A stretch of 64,000 bases of DNA from a bacterium (GCA_963676395.1 OY781066.1:96001-160000); one strand, 5' to 3'. Positions 19,580 to 29,549 are shown, counted from the stretch's first letter. The notes: generated from the letters alone by a model not told the origin. Numbers and translations: made by a program.

Positions 19580-20686
19580 ATGATGTTAAAACGTACAACA
19601 TGTTTACTGATCCTTCTATTGGGAGTGTTCAGCTTTGCATTTGCCGGCTTGGGAATCCATGCCGAGGCAGAGATAGGCGAACCGGAAGGCAGCATCGTAA
19701 AGATCAGCCTGACCCCGATTGAAGAAGCCAGTATTTACATTGTCGAAAAAAATACGGGTACACATAAGTGGTTGCCTGTGTTAGAAACTGCCAACATGGA
19801 GTTTGAGACGAATATTGACAATGAAGTTGCCACAACATTTAAGGTAACAGCATTGGACAGTGATCGTAAAATTCTTGCGACTGCAGTATCCGAGGCCGTA
19901 ACCACTCACGCAAAATGGTTCAACCATCTACGTTTGAACCGTTTTATCGCACTAATCGTGATTTGCGGTACCATCTTGTTCTATATTTCACGAGCAAGAA
20001 AGAACAAAAAGATTTATATGCGTCCCGTTGCCGGTCTGCAGGCTTTTGAAGAAGCCGTTGGTCGTGCCACAGAGATGGGGCGTTCGGTACTATTCGTACC
20101 CGGTATTATGGATCTTGATCAGGTTGAAACCATTTCCGGTTTGATCATTCTTGGACACGTTTCAAAAATGACAGCACGTTATGAAGCGGATCTAAATGTT
20201 CCTGTATCTCGTTCTTTGGTAATGGAATCAGGACGCGAAACGGTTCAAGCATCCTATATTTCCGAAGGTCGTCCGGATCTATATTCATCTAACATGGTTC
20301 AGTACTATACCGATGACCAGTTCGCCTTTGCTGCGGCTGTAGATGGTGTAATGCTTCGCGAAAAACCTGCTGCAGTATTTCTGCAGGGCAAGTTTTATGC
20401 GGAATCACTGATCATGGCTGAAACCGGTAACTCTATCGGCGCTATACAGATTGCCGGTACCGGATCACCTTCTCAGATCCCATTTTTTGTTACAGCTTGT
20501 GATTACACTCTTATCGGTGAAGAATTTTTTGCCGCATCAGCTTATCTTGGCGACGATCCTAAGCTTTTAGGTTCGATCAAAGGTCAGGATATTGTAAAAG
20601 GTATCCTTATAGCTGCAATCGGCTTGGGTGTAATTCTTGAAACATTTAATTTAAATTTCTTTAAAAACCTGTTCGCAGGGTCATAA
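19580..20686 (+). CDS. Signal peptide + Fn3-like domain + TM + DUF6754-like domain
   Basis: 'YMRPVAGLQAFEEAVGRATEMGR', 'QFAFAA', 'AESLIMAETG..GAIQIAGT...QIPFF...CDYTLIGEE.FAASAYL' recalled as the DUF6754 signature. Confidence 0.75.
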   Translation: MMLKRTTCLLILLLGVFSFAFAGLGIHAEAEIGEPEGSIVKISLTPIEEASIYIVEKNTGTHKWLPVLETANMEFETNIDNEVATTFKVTALDSDRKILATAVSEAVTTHAKWFNHLRLNRFIALIVICGTILFYISRARKNKKIYMRPVAGLQAFEEAVGRATEMGRSVLFVPGIMDLDQVETISGLIILGHVSKMTARYEADLNVPVSRSLVMESGRETVQASYISEGRPDLYSSNMVQYYTDDQFAFAAAVDGVMLREKPAAVFLQGKFYAESLIMAETGNSIGAIQIAGTGSPSQIPFFVTACDYTLIGEEFFAASAYLGDDPKLLGSIKGQDIVKGILIAAIGLGVILETFNLNFFKNLFAGS

Positions 20687-20702
20687 ATAAGAGGAAAACA
20701 AC

Positions 20703-21632
20703 ATGTTTTGGAAAAGAACAATTCCAGCTATCATTGTTGCTGCAGTCGGTGTGATCATGCTGCTGTCATGGTTCATCCCTCATGAACCTTTTGGTTCGCT
20801 TGAGACCCATGCGACACAATGGTACGATATCATCGCAAGTTTTGCGATGATCCTCGGAGCTTTAAACTTGCTAAGACTCCAAGGAAATAAAGTCATTAAA
20901 CAAAAGAAAGGTTGGCCTTATGCCTTAGCAGCCGTCATTGCCTTCTTTATGACATTAACCTTTGGCTTTGTTGTTAAAGGTGGATTTTATCCCAACATAA
21001 CATCAGTTGGTGATAATCCCGAAGCCGTATATCTAAAAATCGCTCAAGTGATCGATACAGACGGAAACGTTAGTGAAGAAGATGTTGCCGAAGTTCGCGC
21101 TTTGTATGCAATCCCCGGTCCCGATGGAGAAAAAGTACTTCTTCATAAGGCCGTTGTCTCTAAAAGAATGGCTCAAAAAGTCGTTGATGAATTAAATACT
21201 CTAGGTGCTACAGCTTCGGTGGGTGAATTAAAATGGGGCTCTCATGTTCAAGGTAATAAAACATACTACAGCTGGGTATTCTACTCATTCTTCACTCCCC
21301 TATCAGCAACGATGTTTGCTTTATTAGCTTTCTTTGTTGCCTCAGCTTCTTACCGTGCATTCAAAATACGTAATGCTGAAGCAACGGTTTTACTGGTTTC
21401 CGGTATCCTTATCATGCTTGGTCGTGTTCCTTTAGGTGCATATCTAACAGCATGGACACAAAACATTCCATGGCTATCCTGGTTCCATTTACCGGTAATA
21501 CAGGAATGGTTATATCAGTACCCGAATGCCGCAGGTGCCCGTGCCATTATGATCGGTATCGGTCTTGGTATCGTTGGTACATCACTTCGCGTGATCCTCG
21601 GTATTGAAAAATCATTCATGGGAGGTGATTAA
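20703..21632 (+). CDS. Polytopic membrane protein with an inserted soluble domain
   Basis: About 6 hydrophobic helices; 'PLSATMFALLAFFVASASYRAF', 'MLGRVP', 'RAIMIGIGLG....LRVILGIE'; RBS GAGG. Confidence 0.85.
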   Translation: MFWKRTIPAIIVAAVGVIMLLSWFIPHEPFGSLETHATQWYDIIASFAMILGALNLLRLQGNKVIKQKKGWPYALAAVIAFFMTLTFGFVVKGGFYPNITSVGDNPEAVYLKIAQVIDTDGNVSEEDVAEVRALYAIPGPDGEKVLLHKAVVSKRMAQKVVDELNTLGATASVGELKWGSHVQGNKTYYSWVFYSFFTPLSATMFALLAFFVASASYRAFKIRNAEATVLLVSGILIMLGRVPLGAYLTAWTQNIPWLSWFHLPVIQEWLYQYPNAAGARAIMIGIGLGIVGTSLRVILGIEKSFMGGD

Positions 21633-21633
21633 A

Positions 21634-22602
21634 ATGGCTAAAAACAGATCAAAAGCATATACGAATTTAAGCAATAATTTTAAAGACATTCTTGAAAAGT
21701 TCGTAAACTTTCTTGCTAAATTGGACGGTCTTGATCGCCGAATCATCTTCTTGATTATTGGCCTTGTAGTGCTCTTCCCTCTCCTTGTTCCACTGGGTTT
21801 ACCCATTGAAACAACACAGTTGACCGAAGATGCTTTCTACGCTATCGATGAACTACCTACAGATGCCAAAGTATTGGTGTCATTTGAATACGGTCCTTCG
21901 ACCAAACCCGAGATTCACCCTATGGCTATTTCCGTACTACGTCACCTTTTCTCTAAAGGTAACAAAGTTGTAGTAATGTGCCTGTGGCCTGACGGGTTAT
22001 TTATGGCTAATGAAGCTCTAGATCTCGTAGCTAATAAAGAATTTGGACTTAAATATGGTGTTGATTATGTGAACCTCGGCTACCGTCCCGGCAACGAAGC
22101 GATCATTAAAGGTATTACAAAGAGTTTTAAAGCTAACTTTTCTATCGACTCAAAGGGTACCAACATCACAGAGATTCCCATTATGCACGATGTACAGACA
22201 GCTAAAGATGTTGATTTCATCTTCTCATTGTCTGCCGGTTATCCCGGAGCCATCGAATGGGTTCTATATGCCGGTGATCCTCTGCAAGTCCCCGTATCCA
22301 GTGGTAATACGTCCATTCAGGTCAACCAGTTACTTCCTTATGTGAAGTCCGGGCAAATGAGAGGTATTGTTGCAGGTATGCCGGGTGCGGCAGAATATGA
22401 GACTATGGTCATTCGTAAACTCGAAGAGAACATTGGTCCTATTACAGATCACGCAAGAACACTATTACCTAACTTCAAAGAAAGACGAAATGCAACAAAG
22501 TTCATGGATGCGCAATCCATTGCTCACCTTGTGATCGTTCTTTTTATTATCCTGGGTAATATTTCATTTCTTGTTAAACGTAAAAAACAGAAAAAATACT
22601 AG
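21634..22602 (+). CDS. Membrane-anchored alpha/beta domain protein (N- and C-terminal TM helices)
   Basis: ATG at 21634 after GGAGG preferred over TTG 21604; 'DRRIIFL', 'YGVDYVNLGY', 'PYVKSGQ..G...G..GAAEYE', 'MDAQSIAH'. Confidence 0.85.
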   Translation: MAKNRSKAYTNLSNNFKDILEKFVNFLAKLDGLDRRIIFLIIGLVVLFPLLVPLGLPIETTQLTEDAFYAIDELPTDAKVLVSFEYGPSTKPEIHPMAISVLRHLFSKGNKVVVMCLWPDGLFMANEALDLVANKEFGLKYGVDYVNLGYRPGNEAIIKGITKSFKANFSIDSKGTNITEIPIMHDVQTAKDVDFIFSLSAGYPGAIEWVLYAGDPLQVPVSSGNTSIQVNQLLPYVKSGQMRGIVAGMPGAAEYETMVIRKLEENIGPITDHARTLLPNFKERRNATKFMDAQSIAHLVIVLFIILGNISFLVKRKKQKKY

Positions 22603-22612
22603 GAGGTAATTC

Positions 22613-23452
22613 ATGTATATAGGAATTTTAGGTGCATGGATCGCCGTCTTTTTGACATTATCCATCTTGAGTTATCTCTATGAAGACAATGTCTTCTATA
22701 AGCTGGCAGAGCACATCTTTGTTGGTGTTTCTGCTGCACACTGGGCAACCATTGCTTTTTGGAACCAGGTACAGCCTAACCTATTTGGTCGTTTATGGCC
22801 ACAAGCGGAAGTTGCTTCACTTGAAGGTTTCCAAAAGTTTTGGTATGGTATTTACCACGGTCTGCATGCTGTTTTCGGTAAGATATTTCCCGAAGCTACT
22901 GTAAACGGAGTTCTGTATCGTGGTATTGGTGATCAGCCTCAAAACCTCAGCTACCTTTTTGCTTTTGTTTTGGGAGTATTTATGCTTTTCCGCCTTATCC
23001 CTAAGATTGGTTGGCTAAGTCGCTGGTCATTAGCATACGTTATTGGTATGGCTGCCGGTCTTCGTCTTTATGGTTACATGAGTTCGGATGTTATCGGTCA
23101 GGTACACGCAACGATGTTGCCATTATGGACAGGTAATCTCGGTTCAAGTATCAACAATATCATCTTGATCGTAGGTGTATTGACCGGACTATTCTATTTC
23201 TTCTTCTCTGTAGAACACAAAGGCGCGCTGAAAGTTGTATCCAGGATCGGTATTTACTTCCTGATGATCTACTTTGGTGCATCATTCGGTTTTGCCGTTA
23301 TGGGTCGTATTTCATTGCTTATCGGTCGTTTTAATGACCTTATCCTTTATTCAGGGAAAGAGTACGGATTCGCTACGCCCATCATTCTTATCTTGATGAT
23401 CGTAGTTCTCGTTCTCACCACAAGAAAGAAAAAGCCTGAAGAAGAAGTCTAG
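22613..23452 (+). CDS. Polytopic membrane protein, last gene of the operon
   Basis: RBS AGGAGG; about 7 TM; 'SYLYEDNVFYKLAEHIFVG', 'YFFFS.EH', 'FGASFG..VMGRISLLIGR'. Confidence 0.85.
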   Translation: MYIGILGAWIAVFLTLSILSYLYEDNVFYKLAEHIFVGVSAAHWATIAFWNQVQPNLFGRLWPQAEVASLEGFQKFWYGIYHGLHAVFGKIFPEATVNGVLYRGIGDQPQNLSYLFAFVLGVFMLFRLIPKIGWLSRWSLAYVIGMAAGLRLYGYMSSDVIGQVHATMLPLWTGNLGSSINNIILIVGVLTGLFYFFFSVEHKGALKVVSRIGIYFLMIYFGASFGFAVMGRISLLIGRFNDLILYSGKEYGFATPIILILMIVVLVLTTRKKKPEEEV

Positions 23453-23504
23453 TCATAGACGAATAAGTGATTAATCAATTAATCGACTTATGATTCAAAT
23501 AAAT

Positions 23505-23532
23505 AAAAACCTCGAAGAAATTCGGGGTTTTT
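23505..23532 (+). terminator. Rho-independent terminator of the membrane operon
   Basis: AAAAACCTCGAA-GAAA-TTCGGGGTTTTT. Confidence 0.85.
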
Positions 23533-23713
23533 TATTTCCAACCTTAATGCTATTTAGCTGAAATCATCTCAATGTAAATATTGCTTTAATCCAATTTGTC
23601 ATTCACTCATTTAAATATTAATTTCCCTATTACGCCTATATTATTAACTGCATGAAATATTATTTCCGAATTTCATGTCATTTTATTATTTTTATACATT
23701 AAATGGAATAAAC

Positions 23714-24121
23714 ATGAAAACACTCAAATTCACACTTTCTACCCACAGTAGAACTTCCTTTACGGACATTACTCGTCAACTTCAAAGCATTCTTGATAAA
23801 AACAATTGCAATAGCGGGATCATGTGTGTGTTTACAACACATACAACCGCCGCTATTACCATCAATGAAAATGCGGACCCAAATGTACAACATGACCTAA
23901 AATATAAGCTAAACGATATGATTCCCAAAAATGAAACACCATATCGACACGCCGAAGGAAATAGTGACAGTCACATGAAGTCATCTCTCTTTTCACCATC
24001 CTTATCTTTGATCTATGAAAAGGGTAAACTTTTATTGGGGATTTGGCAGGCCGTTTATTTTTGTGAGTTTGACGGCCCCAGAAACAGGCAATATTTTGTA
24101 AAAATAATTGAAGATCAATAG
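23714..24121 (+). CDS. yjbQ: YjbQ/UPF0047 family (secondary thiamine-phosphate synthase-like)
   Basis: 'HTTAAITINENADPNV', 'HAEGNSDSHMKS', 'LGIWQ....EFDGPR'; ATG 23714 preferred. Confidence 0.92.
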   Translation: MKTLKFTLSTHSRTSFTDITRQLQSILDKNNCNSGIMCVFTTHTTAAITINENADPNVQHDLKYKLNDMIPKNETPYRHAEGNSDSHMKSSLFSPSLSLIYEKGKLLLGIWQAVYFCEFDGPRNRQYFVKIIEDQ

Positions 24122-24122
24122 A

Positions 24123-24425
24123 ACGAAATTATTAAAAAATATATTGATCCTGACTATTACAATACTTCGCCTTTCACTTCCTATTTTTGCTGACTCTAGC
24201 CATAATAATAACATATAAATCATTGTTGAATGCGATATATATGTGGCTTTTAAACCGGGAAATGCCATGCAACTAAGTTATTCTATTCTTAAAATTATCA
24301 GTTTGGGTGCTATGGCCGGTATAGTGTTAATGTTCGCTTATGGTCAAGGATATCAGGGGGATAGTTTGGAACTATATGCCGGATTACCCTTTGAAAAATA
24401 TCCAAAATATACAAGTGGCTTTTGA
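24123..24425 (+). pseudogene. Decayed secreted-protein gene
   Basis: One frame reads ACG(ex-ATG)-KLLKNILILTITILRLSLPIFA-DSSHNNNI-TAA(24216)-IIVECDIYVAFKPG...KYTSGF*; signal-peptide-like start with one in-frame stop. Confidence 0.5.
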
Positions 24426-24450
24426 CTCATCTTTTTTGATACAAGTAAAA

Positions 24451-24477
24451 AGAGACGCAAAATCTTGCGTCTCTATA
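24451..24477. repeat. REP-like palindrome / bidirectional terminator
   Basis: AGAGACGCAA-AATC-TTGCGTCTCT between convergent genes. Confidence 0.7.
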
Positions 24478-24500
24478 AATCTATATTAAATTGTTATCAG

Positions 24501-27500
24501 TTATTTCAACAATAACATCTTAGATGAAGCTTGAAAATCACCGGCAATCATTTTATATACATAAACACCACTTGGAAAAGCCGCCGCATTAAATGTGATA
24601 GTATGATAACCCGGATTTTGCAATCCATCAACAAGCGTTGTTACAAATTTTCCATTGATATCAAACAATGAAATAGTCACATTTTCAGCACTTGGTATAG
24701 AATAATTGATCCGAGTAATCGGGTTAAACGGATTTGGATAATTTCCGGATAGTTCAAATTCGGTAGGAATATCCACGGATTCAAGTTCAATATCAATATA
24801 ATAAGTGAGTGTATCCGAGTTTGTAAACAATCCGGCTTTATCAATAGCAGAGACACTCCAAAAATACTCTCTCCTATTCCCCATTCTTCGATCATCGGAA
24901 AATGTTTTTGATGTTGACAAAGAATAATCATAGGATGAACCGGTATACCAATAATTCATTTTATACGAAACTTCATCACCCGGATCGGGATCTACCGCTT
25001 CAGTCCATTCAAAATATGGATAACGGGTTGTTTGATATGAATTATGGTTAGGACTCAATTGTCGTGGAGCCGAAGGAGCTTCATTATAAGTATTCACATA
25101 TAAATCTCTGATACTCGAAGATCTTTTAACAGCTCCGGACATATCTATAACATCGACATACCATTTATAAGCAGCGTTCTCTATCAAATCATATGATAGT
25201 TCACATTCTGGCTCTATGCCTATATGGACACATTCAACACTGTCCAATGAAGATCCAATATACAACTTATAAATCAAGCTATCACCGGGATCCTTATCTA
25301 CGGCTTCTTCCCAAGAAAATATCGGCTTCAGGGTATCGGAAATAAAACCATTTTCGGGTGCTATCAATTCAAAATCCAATGGTGGTACATTTGAGGCATT
25401 GATCGTAAAAGTACTGATTTTTGAAACATAAGATATTGTCCCATCAGAACTATTCAAAAACACCTTACAATATACATTTTTATTTTCCGGCAAGTCCCTT
25501 GTTAGCGTGCAATATGTAGGGGAAGCAGGGAATAAATATAATGAGTCGGGATCACTAAATTCAGGTGTAATATCAAACATCACTTCAGCTTGCGCATTTA
25601 TCGGCGCCATCTCCCATGTAATCGTAGGACGATTGGTTCTCAATATATCAAAACAATTTGGACTATTTATATCAAAATCACCTGTATTCTCATGAATCGT
25701 GATCATATCACTTTTAACTTTATTTTGATTTATACCACCGGTTTCTGCCATTAGTGTAATACTATAATTATCGGTGTTACTAAATACATGAACAGCGCTA
25801 TCGCCTTCGGCGCTTGTGCCGTCCCCAAAATTCCATATATAATTATAATGACCTTCACTGATTGGAGAATCCACCCAGAATTTTACCTCAAATCCGGGGT
25901 AACCATTTGTATAATCGGAAGTAAAATCTAAATTCTGGACTTCTACCGGTTCCCACCTCATGGCATCAAAAGCCAGTTTTTCACTGCCTACTCCGGTAGA
26001 ATCGCCCAAATATACATAATCCGATCCATCGTTTCTAAACATATATTTACCTAGGGACACCCACTCGTCATTATATGCGGATTGATCGATCATAACATGT
26101 CGTTTACCGGCAGCATGATGAATACGATAAAGAGCACCCGTGGCTTCAGCATTAGCGGGTATATAAGCAAATATTTCATAATACGATGCAGAATCAACAT
26201 TCGGCGTCCAGGTTACATAACACCGATCACTTTCATCGGCCTCGGAATAGGTCCACCAATGATGACCATCATATCCACTTAGCGAACTATGATAATGACG
26301 CATAGGAACCGTATTTCCTTCGGCTTTCATATAAAAACCATCCTTAAACTGCTTATCATCAATAACAGAATCAGGATATTCAGGCATATTATAAGAAGTA
26401 GCAATACACCAGGGCATGCTTGTATAACCACTATAAGCATAATTTAAACTAGCGTGACCATGATTATAGCCGGGCCAATCATAATAAACGGCATCACCAT
26501 AATAATTCGGCCAAGAAGAGCTATTTCTATCTCCATAAGGATCATTTGCAATAATTGTTCTTTGACCACTTGATACACGACCAAGTCCTACAATAAGGTG
26601 ACCACTTCCTGATAAATAGTTACATATAGAATATGGATGCTTCTTATCTATTTCGTTTCTTACCGTAGTCCAGTTAGTACTCCAGGTTTGATGTGCGGGC
26701 ACACCGTGTTTTTCATAGTAGCTGGCCATTTTGGAATTAGGTGAACCTCCTGACCACATATATCCCATACCCCCATAACATGTGTAACAATAGGATTGAC
26801 TGCTATTACAATCTCTGTATGAGGAATCGAAATAGTAGCCATTATAATAATAACGTTCATGAACATAAGCACCGTAGTTACTCAGATTCCCAAAACCTGA
26901 TACAAAAGGCCATTCAGGAATACGCTTATAATAAGCCAAAACCATTGCAGCCGTTGTAGGAGCACAAGATGAATAACCTCTTTGACCCGGGGTATCATAC
27001 ACTTGGTTCACATAAGGAACACTTAAAAATGTATCGGCCGCAGAAGCCTCATAAGCAAATGTTTTCGCTTCGGTCTGTAGCTCAATTCGCGTTTCATTAT
27101 TCTTAAAAAGACGATTTTCGCTTTGAGTATTTTTTATCTTTCCATCGGTATAAATGATAAGTTCACTATTCTTGTTATAGAAAGCTTGATCCTTAATACC
27201 CAAGCTCTGCTGAAATACCTGCTCCCCATTTTCCTTGCAAGAAATGAGCTCCCGACTTTCAATAGATGTTTCATCAATTATATTTATTTTTGTATAGGTA
27301 TAATCAGCATTTTGTTTAGACCAATGCAAATCACAGGCAGTACCAAGATCGCGTGAGTTAGCATTTCGATGATCATAGATCATTAAATGGCCATCTAAAG
27401 TCTGAAATGAAATATATCGCGAATCGACTGACCACTGGGGAAAAGCATTACCGTACTTACCTGATGTAATTTGTACCTTTTCTTCTGAATAAAGATCAAG

Positions 27501-27998
27501 AATCCATAATTGATCATGCTCATCATTATAAACGACTTTATTTCCATCAGGTGAGATCGGAGCAATATTTGCGTAAACCCCAATATGGTATTTCCTGGTA
27601 TTATCACCATCTTTAACATAGATGTCATTCCCGATCGTATATGCGATCATCCCATTATTGGAAAATGATATTTGCCCTGCCAAATAGGTATCTTCATGTA
27701 GTTTGATGATTTTCTTTGTTTCTATTTCAAGAAGTGCGGGAGCTTCGAGTCCACCGGGATTTTCCCGATATTTAAATCCCACATATTTTTCATCGGGTGA
27801 AAGTGTAAATAAACGACCGGCTCCCGGAGAAGAAATCAGTTTTTCCGCAACTTCGGCATTCTTGATATAAATAGCCGAATAGAGTGAATCGCTATAAAGA
27901 TATGAATGATCGACGGGAACAATATTCACTGCAGAGAATAAGATTGCCGTGGATACAAGCAAAATAAAGGTAATTCGCTTTGTTAATAATGAAGACAT
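24501..27998 (-). CDS. Large secreted multidomain protein: TolB-like beta-propeller, C39-like peptidase, golvesin/Xly-CBD-like, PKD, Fn3-like repeats, T9SS/FlgD-type C-terminal domain
   Basis: 'SPDGNKVVY'/'PQWSVD' propeller; 'VPYVNQ...SCAPTTAAMVLAYY', 'GHLIV', 'NDPYG'; 'WVSLGKY.F', 'FDAMRW'; 'WNFGDG'; 'LSGNYPNPFNP...SGVYVYKM......KMLLLK'; ATG 27998 after GGGAG. Confidence 0.85.
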   Translation of the reverse strand: MSSLLTKRITFILLVSTAILFSAVNIVPVDHSYLYSDSLYSAIYIKNAEVAEKLISSPGAGRLFTLSPDEKYVGFKYRENPGGLEAPALLEIETKKIIKLHEDTYLAGQISFSNNGMIAYTIGNDIYVKDGDNTRKYHIGVYANIAPISPDGNKVVYNDEHDQLWILDLYSEEKVQITSGKYGNAFPQWSVDSRYISFQTLDGHLMIYDHRNANSRDLGTACDLHWSKQNADYTYTKINIIDETSIESRELISCKENGEQVFQQSLGIKDQAFYNKNSELIIYTDGKIKNTQSENRLFKNNETRIELQTEAKTFAYEASAADTFLSVPYVNQVYDTPGQRGYSSCAPTTAAMVLAYYKRIPEWPFVSGFGNLSNYGAYVHERYYYNGYYFDSSYRDCNSSQSYCYTCYGGMGYMWSGGSPNSKMASYYEKHGVPAHQTWSTNWTTVRNEIDKKHPYSICNYLSGSGHLIVGLGRVSSGQRTIIANDPYGDRNSSSWPNYYGDAVYYDWPGYNHGHASLNYAYSGYTSMPWCIATSYNMPEYPDSVIDDKQFKDGFYMKAEGNTVPMRHYHSSLSGYDGHHWWTYSEADESDRCYVTWTPNVDSASYYEIFAYIPANAEATGALYRIHHAAGKRHVMIDQSAYNDEWVSLGKYMFRNDGSDYVYLGDSTGVGSEKLAFDAMRWEPVEVQNLDFTSDYTNGYPGFEVKFWVDSPISEGHYNYIWNFGDGTSAEGDSAVHVFSNTDNYSITLMAETGGINQNKVKSDMITIHENTGDFDINSPNCFDILRTNRPTITWEMAPINAQAEVMFDITPEFSDPDSLYLFPASPTYCTLTRDLPENKNVYCKVFLNSSDGTISYVSKISTFTINASNVPPLDFELIAPENGFISDTLKPIFSWEEAVDKDPGDSLIYKLYIGSSLDSVECVHIGIEPECELSYDLIENAAYKWYVDVIDMSGAVKRSSSIRDLYVNTYNEAPSAPRQLSPNHNSYQTTRYPYFEWTEAVDPDPGDEVSYKMNYWYTGSSYDYSLSTSKTFSDDRRMGNRREYFWSVSAIDKAGLFTNSDTLTYYIDIELESVDIPTEFELSGNYPNPFNPITRINYSIPSAENVTISLFDINGKFVTTLVDGLQNPGYHTITFNAAAFPSGVYVYKMIAGDFQASSKMLLLK

Positions 27999-28099
27999 GT
28001 ATACTCCCAAAAATTATTAAGTTATTTTCGCTGAATAATACTATATTACAAAACGAAAGTAAACTGTAAATAATATTAATTTCTAAAATAGGATATTTA

Positions 28100-28936
28100 A
28101 TGAAACGCTTATTAATTCTTCTTACACTCGGGACTCTACTATTTGGACAGACCTTTTATCCGGTCGTTACGATCGAAGGGAATAATTTCACTTCAAAAGA
28201 AGATCGCATTGTTGAAGAATTAAAGAATACCATTGAGCAATATATTTCATCAAACAGCTTCAGCAATGAGGTCTATAACCTTCAAGTCCCGTTCAAGATC
28301 AAACTGTACGTAACATCAATCATCCAAGGCTCATCCAAACTCAGCATTACAGCAAATGCATTTTTTTCAAATGGTTACGATCAGCGTTATATTGATAACA
28401 ACTGGTCATTTGAATATACTGAACAAGAAGCCTTATTTAGAGATATGATCTATCATCCCTTAAGGGACATTATTGATTATTACGGTTATTTGATCATGGC
28501 ATCTGAGTTGGATGGAATTGAAGATATGGGAGGTAACTCCTTGTTTGACCAAGCTAATGAGATCTATTCCAGAGGTGTCTCATCGAAATGGAAAAAAGGT
28601 TGGGATAAACGCAAAGAAGATTTTGATAAATTGACCGGTGATTTCAAACTTAGAAAAGCCCGCAACCAATATAATGAGGCCTTATGGTCCATTGATGATG
28701 GCAATGGCACCAAAGCTTGGTATTTACTTGAAGATGCTTTAAACAATCTATGGGAATCCTTGGAACTTGATAATCAAAATAAGTTTTTAAAATTCTTTGT
28801 TGAACAACACTTCAAGGATAGTGATTATTTTGTTCAAATATATCAGGATACCAGTTTACTGCCCCTATTTAGAAAACTCTCACCTAATAATGAAGATTAT
28901 TTTAATTCAATAGCCATGCCATTCGTTACAGAATAG
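28100..28936 (+). CDS. DUF4835 / PorD-like periplasmic protein
   Basis: Signal peptide; 'DNNWSFEY', 'PLRDIIDYYGYLIMASELDG...GG..LFDQA' resembles DUF4835. Confidence 0.65.
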   Translation: MKRLLILLTLGTLLFGQTFYPVVTIEGNNFTSKEDRIVEELKNTIEQYISSNSFSNEVYNLQVPFKIKLYVTSIIQGSSKLSITANAFFSNGYDQRYIDNNWSFEYTEQEALFRDMIYHPLRDIIDYYGYLIMASELDGIEDMGGNSLFDQANEIYSRGVSSKWKKGWDKRKEDFDKLTGDFKLRKARNQYNEALWSIDDGNGTKAWYLLEDALNNLWESLELDNQNKFLKFFVEQHFKDSDYFVQIYQDTSLLPLFRKLSPNNEDYFNSIAMPFVTE

Positions 28937-29549
28937 CAAAAATATCTCTTTCAGAGATTACACCTTCTCTTAAAATCTTAAGATTAGATTGCTTATCAAT
29001 CATTACCACTGTAGAACCCTGATTCGGACTAGAAGACTCCAACTTCTCATCTTTAATCATTAATTCGACTTTAGTTGAAAAAGCTTTTTGAATATCATTG
29101 ATATTGTTTAAAGGAGCTTGCCCTGATATATTCACGGATGTAGTGACGTAAGGTTTATTAAATTCTTTTGCAAGATCGAGACAAAATTTATGGTCCGGTA
29201 GACGAAAACCAAGATAAGATTCAAGATTAAATAGACGTTTAGGCAGATTTACATCTTTTGCGGGTAAAACCAAAGTTAAAGCACCGGGCAAAAATGCTTC
29301 GATCAATTTCTCGCTCAAAAGCGATATTTGCGCATATTTATCTAACATCTCAACATTTGCAACAAGAATGCTAAGCGGCATGGATGCTGGACGCATTTTT
29401 ATATCGTAGAGTCTCTCCAACGCCTTCTCTGAGCTCGCATCGGCCCCAAACCCATAAAGAGTGTCTGTTGGGTAGACGAAAACATTTTCGTCCCTTAAAC
29501 ACGCTAAAGCATATTTTTTCGCGTTCAAGTCAGTATGAGATACTATCAT
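28926..29549 (-). CDS. tsaC: L-threonylcarbamoyladenylate synthase (TsaC/YrdC)
   Basis: 'YPTDTLYGFGAD', 'IKMRP...PLS', 'PGALTLV', 'TTSVNISG', 'STVV', 'LREG'. Confidence 0.93.
   Translation of the reverse strand: MIVSHTDLNAKKYALACLRDENVFVYPTDTLYGFGADASSEKALERLYDIKMRPASMPLSILVANVEMLDKYAQISLLSEKLIEAFLPGALTLVLPAKDVNLPKRLFNLESYLGFRLPDHKFCLDLAKEFNKPYVTTSVNISGQAPLNNINDIQKAFSTKVELMIKDEKLESSSPNQGSTVVMIDKQSNLKILREGVISERDIFAIL

Noticed and set aside
28926..28936. Convergent 11-bp overlap of tsaC and the PorD-like gene
   Set aside because: Short tail-to-tail overlaps are common; no sign of truncation
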